A DNA stretch of 64,000 nucleotides from Desulfitobacteriaceae bacterium (GCA_028704155.1 JAQVLN010000001.1:23-64022); one strand, 5' to 3'. Shown: positions 36,571 to 45,291, counted from the stretch's first letter. A program made the numbers and translations. Notes: a model not told the origin generated them from the sequence alone.

Positions 36571-36717
36571 TTACTTATGATATGTTCCTCCCTCACTGAT
36601 CTTAACGGCGCGATAAATCTGTTCAACCAACATAACCCTCATAGGTCCATAGGGAAAAATTAGCTTTGAAAAAGACCAGGTGACAGGTTCTCTTTCAAAC
36701 CATCGGCTCGGCAACAT
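36571..36717 (-). pseudogene. rlmH: 3' relic of rlmH (23S rRNA m3-pseudouridine1915 methyltransferase)
   Basis: A 48-codon ORF ends ...WSFSKLIFPYGPMRVMLVEQIYRAVKISEGGTYHK*. This aligns with the C-terminal ~35 residues of RlmH (Bacillus ...LSFSKMTFPHQLMR..LVEQIYRAF.I.RGEPYHK, from memory). The N-terminal ~120 codons are absent. rlmH follows htrC in B. subtilis. Confidence 0.7.
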
Positions 36718-36729
36718 GCCTTGCAAACT

Positions 36730-36757
36730 AAAAAGAGGAGCTTTTAATGCTCCTCCG
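36730..36757 (-). terminator. terminator downstream of htrA
   Basis: Stem GAGGAGC/GCTCCTC with a 7-nt loop, followed on the minus strand by UUUUU, about 30 nt after the htrA stop. Confidence 0.7.
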
Positions 36758-36784
36758 TTAACTGTGTTTTGTCAACACAAACCT

Positions 36785-37942
36785 CTAGGATTTTAACTCT
36801 GTCAACGTAACTTGTACCTCTTTGGAGGCTCCATTCCGGAAATAAGTTATAATTATATTTTTCCCCGGCTCATATTTAAACAGTTCATGAGTAAGTTCTA
36901 AAGAATTGTCAACCTCAATACCGTTAACCTTGGTAATAATATCGCCAGTTTTTATTCCTGCTTTATCCGCCGGACCGTTGGCAGAAACACTGGCAACATA
37001 AGCACCGGCCGGCCATCCTCTTTGAGCAGCATATTCTTCAGTATATCGGCTATCAATATTTACCAGAAGCGCAGGATGGATAGCATATCCTTTACTGATT
37101 AATTGTTCAATTGTTGGCATAGCATCAGTAATCGGAATAGCAAAACCCATTCCCTCAAAACCAATCTCCTGGTTTTTAGCTGAGTTAATCCCGATAACCT
37201 GACCGCCGTAATTTACTAAAGGGCCTCCGCTATTGCCGGGATTAATTGCTGCATCGGTTTGAATCAGATTAAAGCTGGATTCTCCCTCAATACTTAAAAT
37301 CCTGTTGGTTGCCGATACTACCCCTGTTGTTACTGAACGGGCAAACTTCTGTCCGCCAGGATTTCCAATGGCTACAACCGGCTCTCCTACCTGAAGCCCG
37401 GAAGAGTCACCTATTTGAACAGCAGTTAAATTACTGGTATCAGTCACTTTCACCACAGCTAAATCAGTTCTTCTATCACCTCCAACCAGTTTCCCTTCAA
37501 GATTGCGCCCATCAGCCAAACTGACCATTATTCTTTCCGCTCCCTGGATCACGTGGTTGTTGGTAATAATATAACCGTTCTTGCTATCAATAATAAAACC
37601 TGAACCACTGCCAATTTCAGTAATATCACTCCCTCCGAATAACCCGCCCCGGGATTGGAAATTAGCAATACCCACTACTGCCGGACCCACAACTTTGGAT
37701 ATTTCTACAACCGGCAGAGTCGAGGTACCGTTGCTTATATTAATTGGAGGATTCGTACCTTGATTTATAGTCAGTTCTTGATTGGAAAAAGATTGCTTAT
37801 TCTTCTCCAGTGTGGAAATAATCCCAAATGTTAAAGCCCCGCCTAATAAGCCGCTGACCAAGGAAAGAGCCACGATAGTAAAAAAAGAAGTGAAACGTGG
37901 CCTTCTCCTGTTAGAATCATTCAAATCATCGTAGTAACTCAA
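36785..37942 (-). CDS. htrA: HtrA/DegP-family serine protease with C-terminal PDZ domain
   Basis: 385 aa; N-terminal TM segment; catalytic triad contexts TNNHV, D in TDLAV, GNSGGPL; PDZ region (GDIITKVNG). Confidence 0.9.
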   Translation of the reverse strand: MSYYDDLNDSNRRRPRFTSFFTIVALSLVSGLLGGALTFGIISTLEKNKQSFSNQELTINQGTNPPINISNGTSTLPVVEISKVVGPAVVGIANFQSRGGLFGGSDITEIGSGSGFIIDSKNGYIITNNHVIQGAERIMVSLADGRNLEGKLVGGDRRTDLAVVKVTDTSNLTAVQIGDSSGLQVGEPVVAIGNPGGQKFARSVTTGVVSATNRILSIEGESSFNLIQTDAAINPGNSGGPLVNYGGQVIGINSAKNQEIGFEGMGFAIPITDAMPTIEQLISKGYAIHPALLVNIDSRYTEEYAAQRGWPAGAYVASVSANGPADKAGIKTGDIITKVNGIEVDNSLELTHELFKYEPGKNIIITYFRNGASKEVQVTLTELKS

Positions 37943-38766
37943 CTTTTTCCCTCCCTGCTCATTTCTTCGCGCAAATGAATAAGTTCATGCGGTGTAAAAC
38001 GTGGGGCAACCCTGATGCCTAAGCGGGGGTTTCGTTTCAAAATATTCGAACCGCGCAGGATTCGTAATATTGTGGAAAGAGCAATTTCTGGTGTATTATT
38101 TTCCTCGCTTAAATGCGCTAAAACAACTTTTTGCGTATTTTCATTAATCCAGGCTAATAGCCCCTCAGCTAATTGACTATTTTCTAAATGGCCGAAGTTA
38201 CTGCTGATCCTCTTCTTTAAATACCAAGGATATCTTCCCTGCCAAAGCTTCTCATGGTCATGATTGGCCTCAACAATTAAACCATCACACCCGGTCAACC
38301 TTTGATGCATTTCCTCAGTAATTGTCCCACTATCTGTTGCAATACCTACTGCTAAGGGATTCTTACCTTTATTACATTCAATTCTTAGACCATAACTTTC
38401 CCGACTATCATGTGAGGTGGGGAAAAATTCAATCGCTAACCCAGCACAACAAAAGCGTCGCCGGACTTCAATCTTTTGTTCTTCCCGGATCTTTCCTGCC
38501 GATCTTACCAGTTCTCCCCATATACCTGCTGTGGCATAGATCGGGATTTTCAGTTTTCGGGCCAGAACGCCTACTCCCCGAATATGATCAATATGCTCAT
38601 GAGTTACAATTATTCCTTCAATACTCGGGGCCGGAATACTTAAGGATAATAGATTTGTCAATAAACTTTTGGCACTGATTCCGCAGTCAACTAAAAGATT
38701 CCTGTTCCCTTCACCAACAAGGATAGCATTCCCCGAACTTCCGCTGGCTATCGTAGCAAAATGCAA
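37939..38766 (-). CDS. walJ: MBL-fold metallo-hydrolase, WalJ/YycJ-like
   Basis: ASGSSGNA.LV......LLVDCG; THEHIDHIRG (HxHxDH). It overlaps the htrA start, as in the Bacillus yycJ-yyxA arrangement. Confidence 0.8.
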   Translation of the reverse strand: MHFATIASGSSGNAILVGEGNRNLLVDCGISAKSLLTNLLSLSIPAPSIEGIIVTHEHIDHIRGVGVLARKLKIPIYATAGIWGELVRSAGKIREEQKIEVRRRFCCAGLAIEFFPTSHDSRESYGLRIECNKGKNPLAVGIATDSGTITEEMHQRLTGCDGLIVEANHDHEKLWQGRYPWYLKKRISSNFGHLENSQLAEGLLAWINENTQKVVLAHLSEENNTPEIALSTILRILRGSNILKRNPRLGIRVAPRFTPHELIHLREEMSREGKS

Positions 38767-38879
38767 ACTATTAACCCTTCTCTCCCAATTTTATGAATAA
38801 AGTATAGCTAAAAATTCTATATTAAGATCCTGTTCTGTTTCCCGGTCAAATTATGATTCTTAAGTTATTTCCTTAACAT

Positions 38880-39509
38880 TTAAGGTTCTGTTTTTTGATT
38901 TTGCATACTTTCAGCCTGAGCAATATACTGCTTTAAAAAATCTGCATTAGGTCCGGTTGGATTTTTATCCAAAGCCTTTTGCCACATACCAATAGCCCCG
39001 GTATTGTCTTGTTTGACCTCCGAGAGAAACATTCCATAATAAATCAAGGCTAATTCAAAGTCAGGCTGCAAAGCCAAAGCTTCCTTAAATGTTTGTTCAG
39101 CCAATTCACTCTGCCCGCCATAATAAGCTGCTACAGCTAAATCAGTTAACACATTTATATCTTTCTTGGTTTGAAGAACATCCTGATAATTCTTAATGGC
39201 CTGATTAAAGTCCTCGGTCACTTCAGCCGGCACAGTTTGCATAGCTATCAGCGCCAAATTGAAGTATGCTTTACCTAGATTCTGTTTAAGCTCAATATCA
39301 TCAGGATTTGCAGCAACCTGTTGCTGCAAATATTCTACCTGGCTTTTTTGGTTTTGATAAAAATCAGCATAATCAGAAGAGGCTGATGTTGGAGTAGGGG
39401 GAACGTCATCACCTATAAAATAACCAATCATTCCGGCACCAACCATAGACAAAGTAACTAAAACCGCAGTTACTCCACCAATAATTCGCCGGGTTTTCTT
39501 GTTCATCAT
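38880..39509 (-). CDS. membrane-anchored tetratricopeptide-repeat protein
   Basis: 209 aa; N-terminal TM helix, then TPR-like A/Y/L periodicity (LGKAYFNLA..., AAYYGGQSELAEQTFKEALALQPD...). Confidence 0.6.
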   Translation of the reverse strand: MMNKKTRRIIGGVTAVLVTLSMVGAGMIGYFIGDDVPPTPTSASSDYADFYQNQKSQVEYLQQQVAANPDDIELKQNLGKAYFNLALIAMQTVPAEVTEDFNQAIKNYQDVLQTKKDINVLTDLAVAAYYGGQSELAEQTFKEALALQPDFELALIYYGMFLSEVKQDNTGAIGMWQKALDKNPTGPNADFLKQYIAQAESMQNQKTEP

Positions 39510-39596
39510 ATCCTTATCCTCTTTTTCTTAAATAATTTCTTTTGTAAATCTTTCTCATTTTAGCACATAGTCCTCTTTTTAGTCCACCTTAAGACT

Positions 39597-41048
39597 TTAT
39601 TGCGCCCTGCACTTTGTTTTTAAATACAATGCCACTTCGAGGCGTTTTTTCTGCAACTCACAGCCCAAAGAATAAACTTCGGTCAACTCTCCGCCGAGAG
39701 TTACATTTGCAGCATGACAGCCACCACTGCAGGCAAAACGGGCCCAACATTCCCGGCAGGCAGGTTTAGCAAAAATATTGGCTGAACGAAATTTCCGTAC
39801 CAAATCAAGATCCAATTGATAAGGAGCTGAAGAATAGAGTGAGCCCAGTTTATAGCTCTCCTGTCCTACAAACTGGTGACAGGGATAAATATTTCCTTCA
39901 GGAGAAATTGCTGCATACTCATGGCCGGCACCACAGCCACTTATCCTTTTAAGAAGGCAAGGGCCCTGATCAAGTGCTACGTTAAAATGAAAAAAATTGA
40001 AATCCTGGCCCTTGTCACGCAGTTCCAAAACTTTCTCTCCCAATCGATCATAACCAGCCATAATCAAACCCAAATCCTCTTCCTGAAGAGCATGGGGCTC
40101 CCCTGTTGCAGCAATAACAGGTTCTAAGGAAATTTGTTTGATTCCTAAACCGGCTAAATGTAAAACATCTTTCTCAAAATCCAAATTAAAATGAGTATAC
40201 GTTCCACGAACATAATAATAGGTACCCACCGCATAAGGTGAACCCTCTGGAAATTCGGCGATAAAATCCCGGATTTCTGCCGCGACATCACTATAGCTTC
40301 CTCTGCCATCCGGATAATGTCGCATCCGGTCATTAACTTCCTGCCTTCCATCCAAACTTAGAACCACGCTAATATCCTCATTCCTCAAAAAATCGCGGAC
40401 CTCAGCATCCAACAAGACCGCATTAGTCGTCATAGTATATTTAATTGTTTTATTTTTCAGGCCGGCAGACAGTTTGCCGTAATTGACTAATTCCTTAATA
40501 AGGGGAAAATTGAGAAGCGGCTCCCCGCCAAAGAAATCAACCTCACATTGGGAACGATTTCCCGAGGCATGCAAGACAAAATCAATTCCTCTTTTTCCGG
40601 TTTCCAAATCCATTAGCGTTTTTTGGCCGCCGAAAAGTCCTTTTCCAGCAAAGCAATATTCGCAACTGAGATTACAATCATGGGCTACATGAAGACAAAT
40701 TGCTTTTATCAAAGGCTCTTGAGGGTAGGACAATTCTGCAATCTTGACTTCAGCTGAAAAAAGTATCCCTTCAGCTTGCAATTCTCCCATCTCCCCGAGA
40801 ATCTCACTAATTTGGTTTTCAGAAATATTCTTCATTCCTCCGCTTCCCGCAAATAAATAATTATGTATATTTTTCAAAGTTACCAGTTCTCCGGCTGATT
40901 GTAACTTTTCCATAGCCTTGATCACATTGTAGGCTAAATTATCAAGCAAATGGAGAGACCCTGAATTAATATCCAAAGCAATATTCAAATTCCCTTGGCG
41001 ATAAGTATGAACATTTTTTTTAATCGTATAATCGTCCAAGTTTAACAT
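39597..41048 (-). CDS. radical SAM/SPASM peptide maturase, SCIFF-associated (thioether-forming)
   Basis: CNLSCEYC radical SAM cluster motif, plus a SPASM C-terminus (CGAGHEYAAISPEGNIYPC...CRECWARFACSGGC). It lies directly downstream of a SCIFF precursor ORF. GAAGGA lies 5 nt before the ATG at 41048. Confidence 0.88.
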   Translation of the reverse strand: MLNLDDYTIKKNVHTYRQGNLNIALDINSGSLHLLDNLAYNVIKAMEKLQSAGELVTLKNIHNYLFAGSGGMKNISENQISEILGEMGELQAEGILFSAEVKIAELSYPQEPLIKAICLHVAHDCNLSCEYCFAGKGLFGGQKTLMDLETGKRGIDFVLHASGNRSQCEVDFFGGEPLLNFPLIKELVNYGKLSAGLKNKTIKYTMTTNAVLLDAEVRDFLRNEDISVVLSLDGRQEVNDRMRHYPDGRGSYSDVAAEIRDFIAEFPEGSPYAVGTYYYVRGTYTHFNLDFEKDVLHLAGLGIKQISLEPVIAATGEPHALQEEDLGLIMAGYDRLGEKVLELRDKGQDFNFFHFNVALDQGPCLLKRISGCGAGHEYAAISPEGNIYPCHQFVGQESYKLGSLYSSAPYQLDLDLVRKFRSANIFAKPACRECWARFACSGGCHAANVTLGGELTEVYSLGCELQKKRLEVALYLKTKCRAQ

Positions 41049-41172
41049 AATAATCCTTCTTTCCAATGCGTAGATCATTATTTGAGTATCAAGTATAACT
41101 GATACTTCAATTAAAGTACCTTTATCAATTGTAATCTCTCAAGTAAACTTAATTATATTAGAAAAGAGAAAT

Positions 41173-41200
41173 AGAACCCAGCCCAAAACGGGCGGGTTCT
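41173..41200 (-). terminator. intercistronic hairpin between SCIFF precursor and maturase (candidate partial terminator/attenuator)
   Basis: GC-rich 11-bp stem with one bulge (GAACCCGCCC...GGGCUGGGUUC on the minus strand), followed by UAUUUCUCUUUUC. Confidence 0.5.
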
Positions 41201-41219
41201 CCGCTTTTATTTTAATTTT

Positions 41220-41360
41220 TTATTTTACACAAACTTGATTCCCAACTGTACAAGAAGTTTTGCATGCTGATTGACATGATGTCTGGCACCTGCCGCAACC
41301 CCCGGTTTTCACTGTTTCATTTAACTTGGACTTAACGATGGTTTGAATATGTTTTGCCAT
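41220..41360 (-). CDS. SCIFF (six cysteines in forty-five residues) ribosomal peptide precursor
   Basis: Not in the supplied track because it is under 60 aa. Translation: MAKHIQTIVKSKLNETVKTGGCGRCQTSCQSACKTSCTVGNQVCVK (46 aa, 6 Cys). The strong SD GAGGGGAGGGGG ends 8 nt before the ATG. Confidence 0.9.
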   Translation of the reverse strand: MAKHIQTIVKSKLNETVKTGGCGRCQTSCQSACKTSCTVGNQVCVK

Positions 41361-41406
41361 ATAAGATACCCCCTCCCCTCAAGACCCTTTTCCTTTATAG
41401 AATATA

Positions 41407-41436
41407 ATTATAACATACCAAGCGAAGAGAAGGCAA
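41407..41436 (-). promoter_or_regulatory. candidate sigma-A promoter for the SCIFF operon
   Basis: On the minus strand: TTGCCT, 18 nt, TATAAT, about 45 nt upstream of the precursor ATG. Confidence 0.35.
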
Positions 41437-41604
41437 AACAACAAACGCTGGTTCCTAAACTCCATTCTTAATAAGTCAGTAATCCATATCTATCTGTTTC
41501 GACAGACATTGTCCTATTCCTTAATTTTATCTTAAAGGAATTTGACTGACTGAAAAAGAAAATATACAAGTAAAAAAAACCGGCATTATTTGGAGGGAAA
41601 AATT

Positions 41605-41874
41605 ATGTTTAACGAATTACCAAAAAGATGTGTTTCGAAAGATTCATTTTTATCTTTCTTTAGTCAAAATGGCTTGTTACATATTTCTTGGTTGTTAAAT
41701 GATGGCCAGGTAGTTTTTTTTGAAAGAGATGAAGGTGAAGATATGAATAGTGCTCTTTCCATGTGCTCCATTCAGGAATATTGTAAAGCTATGCTTACAA
41801 ACAAAATACTAAAAACAGACCACATAACCAAGGAACAAATCATTAAACTTTTAGATGTAGTTGAATTTGCTTAA
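41605..41874 (+). CDS. hypothetical protein (89 aa)
   Basis: GGAGGG lies 7 nt before the ATG at 41605. No family recognised. It is one of only two plus-strand genes left of oriC. Confidence 0.5.
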   Translation: MFNELPKRCVSKDSFLSFFSQNGLLHISWLLNDGQVVFFERDEGEDMNSALSMCSIQEYCKAMLTNKILKTDHITKEQIIKLLDVVEFA

Positions 41875-41960
41875 AGTGTAACTTAATAAACCAAGCACCT
41901 TAAAACCAGAAGTTCTTTCCACCGAACATCTAAATATAGGAAAGGGCATTATTTTCGGTT

Positions 41961-43499
41961 TTACATCAATGGGGAAAATATTCTGAGAATTGACCGAACC
42001 ATCGTCGTAACCCAAGATATGTTTTTTTGAACTTCGGCTGTGATTTCCTGCGAGATTTCAATGGTTTCGAGAAAATCCTTCTTTATATCATGCAGGCAAC
42101 TACAACGGTACAGCCAAATACCGCACTCAAAATGCAGGTAAAGGCTTCGATAATCCATGTTAATTGTGCCTACAAATCCATATTCATCATCTGCAACACA
42201 GGTCTTTGAATGTATGAATCCCGGCAAATACTCATAGATCCTGACTCCGCTTTCGATCAGAGTGTTATAATAGGATCTTGATACCGAGTGCACGAACCAT
42301 TTGTCAAAATGATACGGCGTTATTATTCTAACATCGACACCGCTCTTTGCCGCCATACAAAGAGCGGTTATCATTTCATTATCGATGATCAGATACGGTG
42401 TCATTATGTACACGTATCGTTTCGCCTTATTGATGAAATTAAGATAGACACCTTCCCCCACCGACTCCTGATCCAGAGGGCTGTCAGCGAAAGGCTGGAC
42501 ATAACCATCGTAAAGTCGATCAGCATCCGCCCCACAAGAAGAATGATATCGTTCTTCCTCTTCTGTGACCCCTTTTATATAATCCCATACCGCGAGGAAC
42601 ATAACAGTAAGACTCCAGACCGCTTGGCCTTTGATCATGATCGCCGCGTCTTTCCAGTGACCATGCTTCTCATATTCATTGATGTATTCATCAGCGAGAT
42701 TGATTCCACCTGTGAAACCTGTATGTCCGTCGATGATGCAGATCTTACGGTGATCGCGATGGTTCAGTTTCGCGGATATGACCGGGATCATCGGATTGAA
42801 AACACAACATTGAATACCCAACTTCTCAAGTCTGCGATTGTAGCCATACGGAAGGGTCGTCATGCAGCCTGCATCGTCATAAATAACACGCACATCCACA
42901 CCTTTATTTGCTTTGTCTATCAGGATTTTCAGAATACTATCCCACATAACACCCTCTTCGATGATGAAATACTCAAGAAAAATGAAACGCTCGGCTTTTC
43001 TTAATTCATCTTTTAATTTTTTAAACTTTCCCTCGCCGCTGGGAAAATACTCTGCGTATTCATTGCGATACGGCGGATAATTTGAAAACTTCTTTATGTA
43101 CCTTGATTGGTTTGCAATATCATCACTCTGTTGACGAATCATTTCCAAGACACTGCTGTCATCTTTTAAATTTTCCATCGTTTTTTTTCGAATGGGTTCC
43201 ATCTTCGCTTTTTCTTTTTTTTTCATTCTGTTTCCCCCATATAACAGGTAAAACAGTCCTCCGAAAATTGGAAACAGAATGATTAGAATGATCCATGATA
43301 TCTTATAGGCAGGATTTATCTTGTCATTTAAAATCCAAATTACCGCAACTATGCTGATTAAAATACTGATTCCGTAAAAAATTGCAAAGTATCGATTAAA
43401 CCATATGATAACGCTGATCAAAACAGCAAGCTGTATCAGAATCGAAAAGGCAAAAGAAACTACTCTAAAAACCCTTGCCTTATGAATCTTTCTCATCAC
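41961..43499 (-). CDS. cls: cardiolipin synthase (PLD superfamily)
   Basis: 512 aa; two N-terminal TM helices and two HKD motifs (HRKICIIDG...GGINL.DEY and HSKTCVADD...GTINMDYRS). Confidence 0.9.
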   Translation of the reverse strand: MMRKIHKARVFRVVSFAFSILIQLAVLISVIIWFNRYFAIFYGISILISIVAVIWILNDKINPAYKISWIILIILFPIFGGLFYLLYGGNRMKKKEKAKMEPIRKKTMENLKDDSSVLEMIRQQSDDIANQSRYIKKFSNYPPYRNEYAEYFPSGEGKFKKLKDELRKAERFIFLEYFIIEEGVMWDSILKILIDKANKGVDVRVIYDDAGCMTTLPYGYNRRLEKLGIQCCVFNPMIPVISAKLNHRDHRKICIIDGHTGFTGGINLADEYINEYEKHGHWKDAAIMIKGQAVWSLTVMFLAVWDYIKGVTEEEERYHSSCGADADRLYDGYVQPFADSPLDQESVGEGVYLNFINKAKRYVYIMTPYLIIDNEMITALCMAAKSGVDVRIITPYHFDKWFVHSVSRSYYNTLIESGVRIYEYLPGFIHSKTCVADDEYGFVGTINMDYRSLYLHFECGIWLYRCSCLHDIKKDFLETIEISQEITAEVQKNISWVTTMVRSILRIFSPLM

Positions 43500-43610
43500 T
43501 TATTCCTCCTGTTTTTACTGATCATCATACGGCTTTTCATTGATTCTATGCTCATAAAATATGATGCGATTTTACTACAAATTGAGCTTAAACTATTCCT
43601 GCAACTATAA

Positions 43611-44444
43611 TCAATTGGATAATGCATGAATAGGAAATGTCAGTTTCTCATAATGTTTATAAAGGGAATGAAATGTACCAGTGTAGCTTTCCTGCCAGGG
43701 TTTTTTCCTCCCGCAAAAATGAAGGACAACAGTGTTTCTTATGACATTATCCATATTCCATTTTCCATCAGTTGTTAATTTATAATATAGATACCGCCTG
43801 GCATCGTAATTATATATTTTTCTATCCAAACCTTTTATTTTTTTGGGGTAAAGCGCATTGAGCACATCCTGATCCGGCATGATCAATTTAAGCTGGTTAT
43901 TATCTATAAATTCATAGATATCATCCTCGTGAAGAACCTGTCTCTGGAGTCCCAGGTTCATTAGAAGTACCCCTGAATTGTAATACTCATCAATTTCGTA
44001 CGGCTTCAGACGGATCTTGTTGATCTCCCTGATGAAAGACATGTTATGGCACGTTGCGGCATAAAGGTAGTCTTTCATTTCTAGCTCATATAAAGACTTA
44101 ATTGAATTAAGAATCAAAATATCAGGATCTAAATAGAGTACCCTCTCCAGATTCTGTGGTAAGAACTTAAAGGCCAACAAGCGATAATACATCTCTTTGG
44201 AAAAATGTAAATTTACCGGAGCATCTTTAAAATAATTATCATTGATGTATACTTCTTCCAGACTATTGCCCTCATTCTTAATAAACGTAAATAATTCAAC
44301 CAGCTCTTTCTGTTTAAGAAGTGTAGAGTGCATTAAATAAATTGTAAATTTTTCTTGCGGATTATTGAAAAAAAGTGATTTAAGCATAATCCTTAGAGGT
44401 TTAACATAATTGGAATCCAAAGCAACAAGTATATTCATTCTCAT
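43611..44444 (-). CDS. glycosyltransferase family 8 (GspA/LPS 1,3-glycosyltransferase-like)
   Basis: 277 aa; ILVALDSNYV N-terminus, DxD in YLDPDILIL, YYNSGVLLMNL, and H..G..KPW near the C-terminus. Confidence 0.8.
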   Translation of the reverse strand: MRMNILVALDSNYVKPLRIMLKSLFFNNPQEKFTIYLMHSTLLKQKELVELFTFIKNEGNSLEEVYINDNYFKDAPVNLHFSKEMYYRLLAFKFLPQNLERVLYLDPDILILNSIKSLYELEMKDYLYAATCHNMSFIREINKIRLKPYEIDEYYNSGVLLMNLGLQRQVLHEDDIYEFIDNNQLKLIMPDQDVLNALYPKKIKGLDRKIYNYDARRYLYYKLTTDGKWNMDNVIRNTVVLHFCGRKKPWQESYTGTFHSLYKHYEKLTFPIHALSN

Positions 44445-44823
44445 ACTCCAAATCCTCTCTCATATTGACTTTACTTACAGTTTCTCCCGGACAGTTTTCC
44501 GCGTCTGCCCTCAGTTTATACAATATCAAAGCGGAAATCTACCGGGGAGAATATTTCTTGGCGATTTCCTTTTACTTCTACAGCAAAACCCTCGCAATGT
44601 AATAATTTCATTCTACCATGGGAGGGCTCTTTATTATTGTGTCCGGTATATGGGTCCAAGTTCAACTGTCTATTATAAAGGGAGCATATCATTATACTGG
44701 TTTTTGCTTTTCTCCTATTTACTTATTTATAAGAGGCTTATTCTAAAAATGTCGCCTTTTTTTTCCAGGTACATACAATATATTAAACCCCCCAAAAATA
44801 TTTCAGGAGGTATAAGAAAAATA

Positions 44824-45099
44824 ATGACACTTTTTAACGCAAATTATATGAATTATGAGATGATAGCCCCTCATACCGGGAAACTTGCTACCGTCACCCT
44901 ATTTGGCGGGAAAACCTATCACGGACAGATCTTGGAAGTTCATAAAGACGGGATCCTGTTTCATTCCGATAACCCGGGCTTCCTTTTTCTCCCTTTCCTT
45001 GCCCTCGCTGCCCTGACTCTGACCATTCCTTTTGCCTATGCAGCCGGAGCAGCTAGCAGCAGACGCCACCCATACCCATACGGCTACTATCCTTACTAA
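44824..45099 (+). CDS. small hypothetical protein with Tyr/Pro/Gly-rich tail (possibly spore-coat associated)
   Basis: 91 aa; AGGAGG lies 12 nt upstream of the ATG. A beta-rich core (GKLATVTLFGGKTYHGQILEVHKDGILFHSD) is followed by a hydrophobic segment and then ...RRHPYPYGYYPY*. The 229-aa track ORF is an artefactual 5' extension. Confidence 0.5.
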   Translation: MTLFNANYMNYEMIAPHTGKLATVTLFGGKTYHGQILEVHKDGILFHSDNPGFLFLPFLALAALTLTIPFAYAAGAASSRRHPYPYGYYPY

Positions 45100-45260
45100 T
45101 TCCTTGATATCCGGCCATTATCACACAATGCCTCCTCTGCTCTCGCCCGTTCAATGGCCGCCCAGTTCATCCGGCGACCATTTGTGCGGGTCGATTGCCT
45201 AACTGAATACTGAAATAATTTCAGCAGGCCTTTTAGGCAAAGGTACTCCAAATAATGGCA

Positions 45261-45291
45261 GGAGCTGCTAATCTTTAGAATCAGCAACTCC
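45261..45291 (-). terminator. hairpin 4 nt downstream of tRNA-Ser(CGA)
   Basis: 12-bp stem. Two positions are G-U pairs on the minus-strand RNA but C-A mismatches on the plus strand, which argues for function on the minus strand. It is followed by UGCCAUUAUUU. Confidence 0.55.

Noticed and set aside
42288-43004. 238-aa plus-strand ORF
   Set aside because: It lies entirely antisense to the cardiolipin synthase gene, whose HKD motifs are unambiguous. It has no RBS and its composition is typical of an antisense shadow ORF.
44410-44823. 5' two-thirds of the 229-aa plus-strand track ORF
   Set aside because: It overlaps the GT8 start in antisense, has no RBS at 44410, and translates to low-complexity Phe/Leu/Tyr-rich sequence. 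Only the last 91 codons, preceded by AGGAGG, look like a gene.
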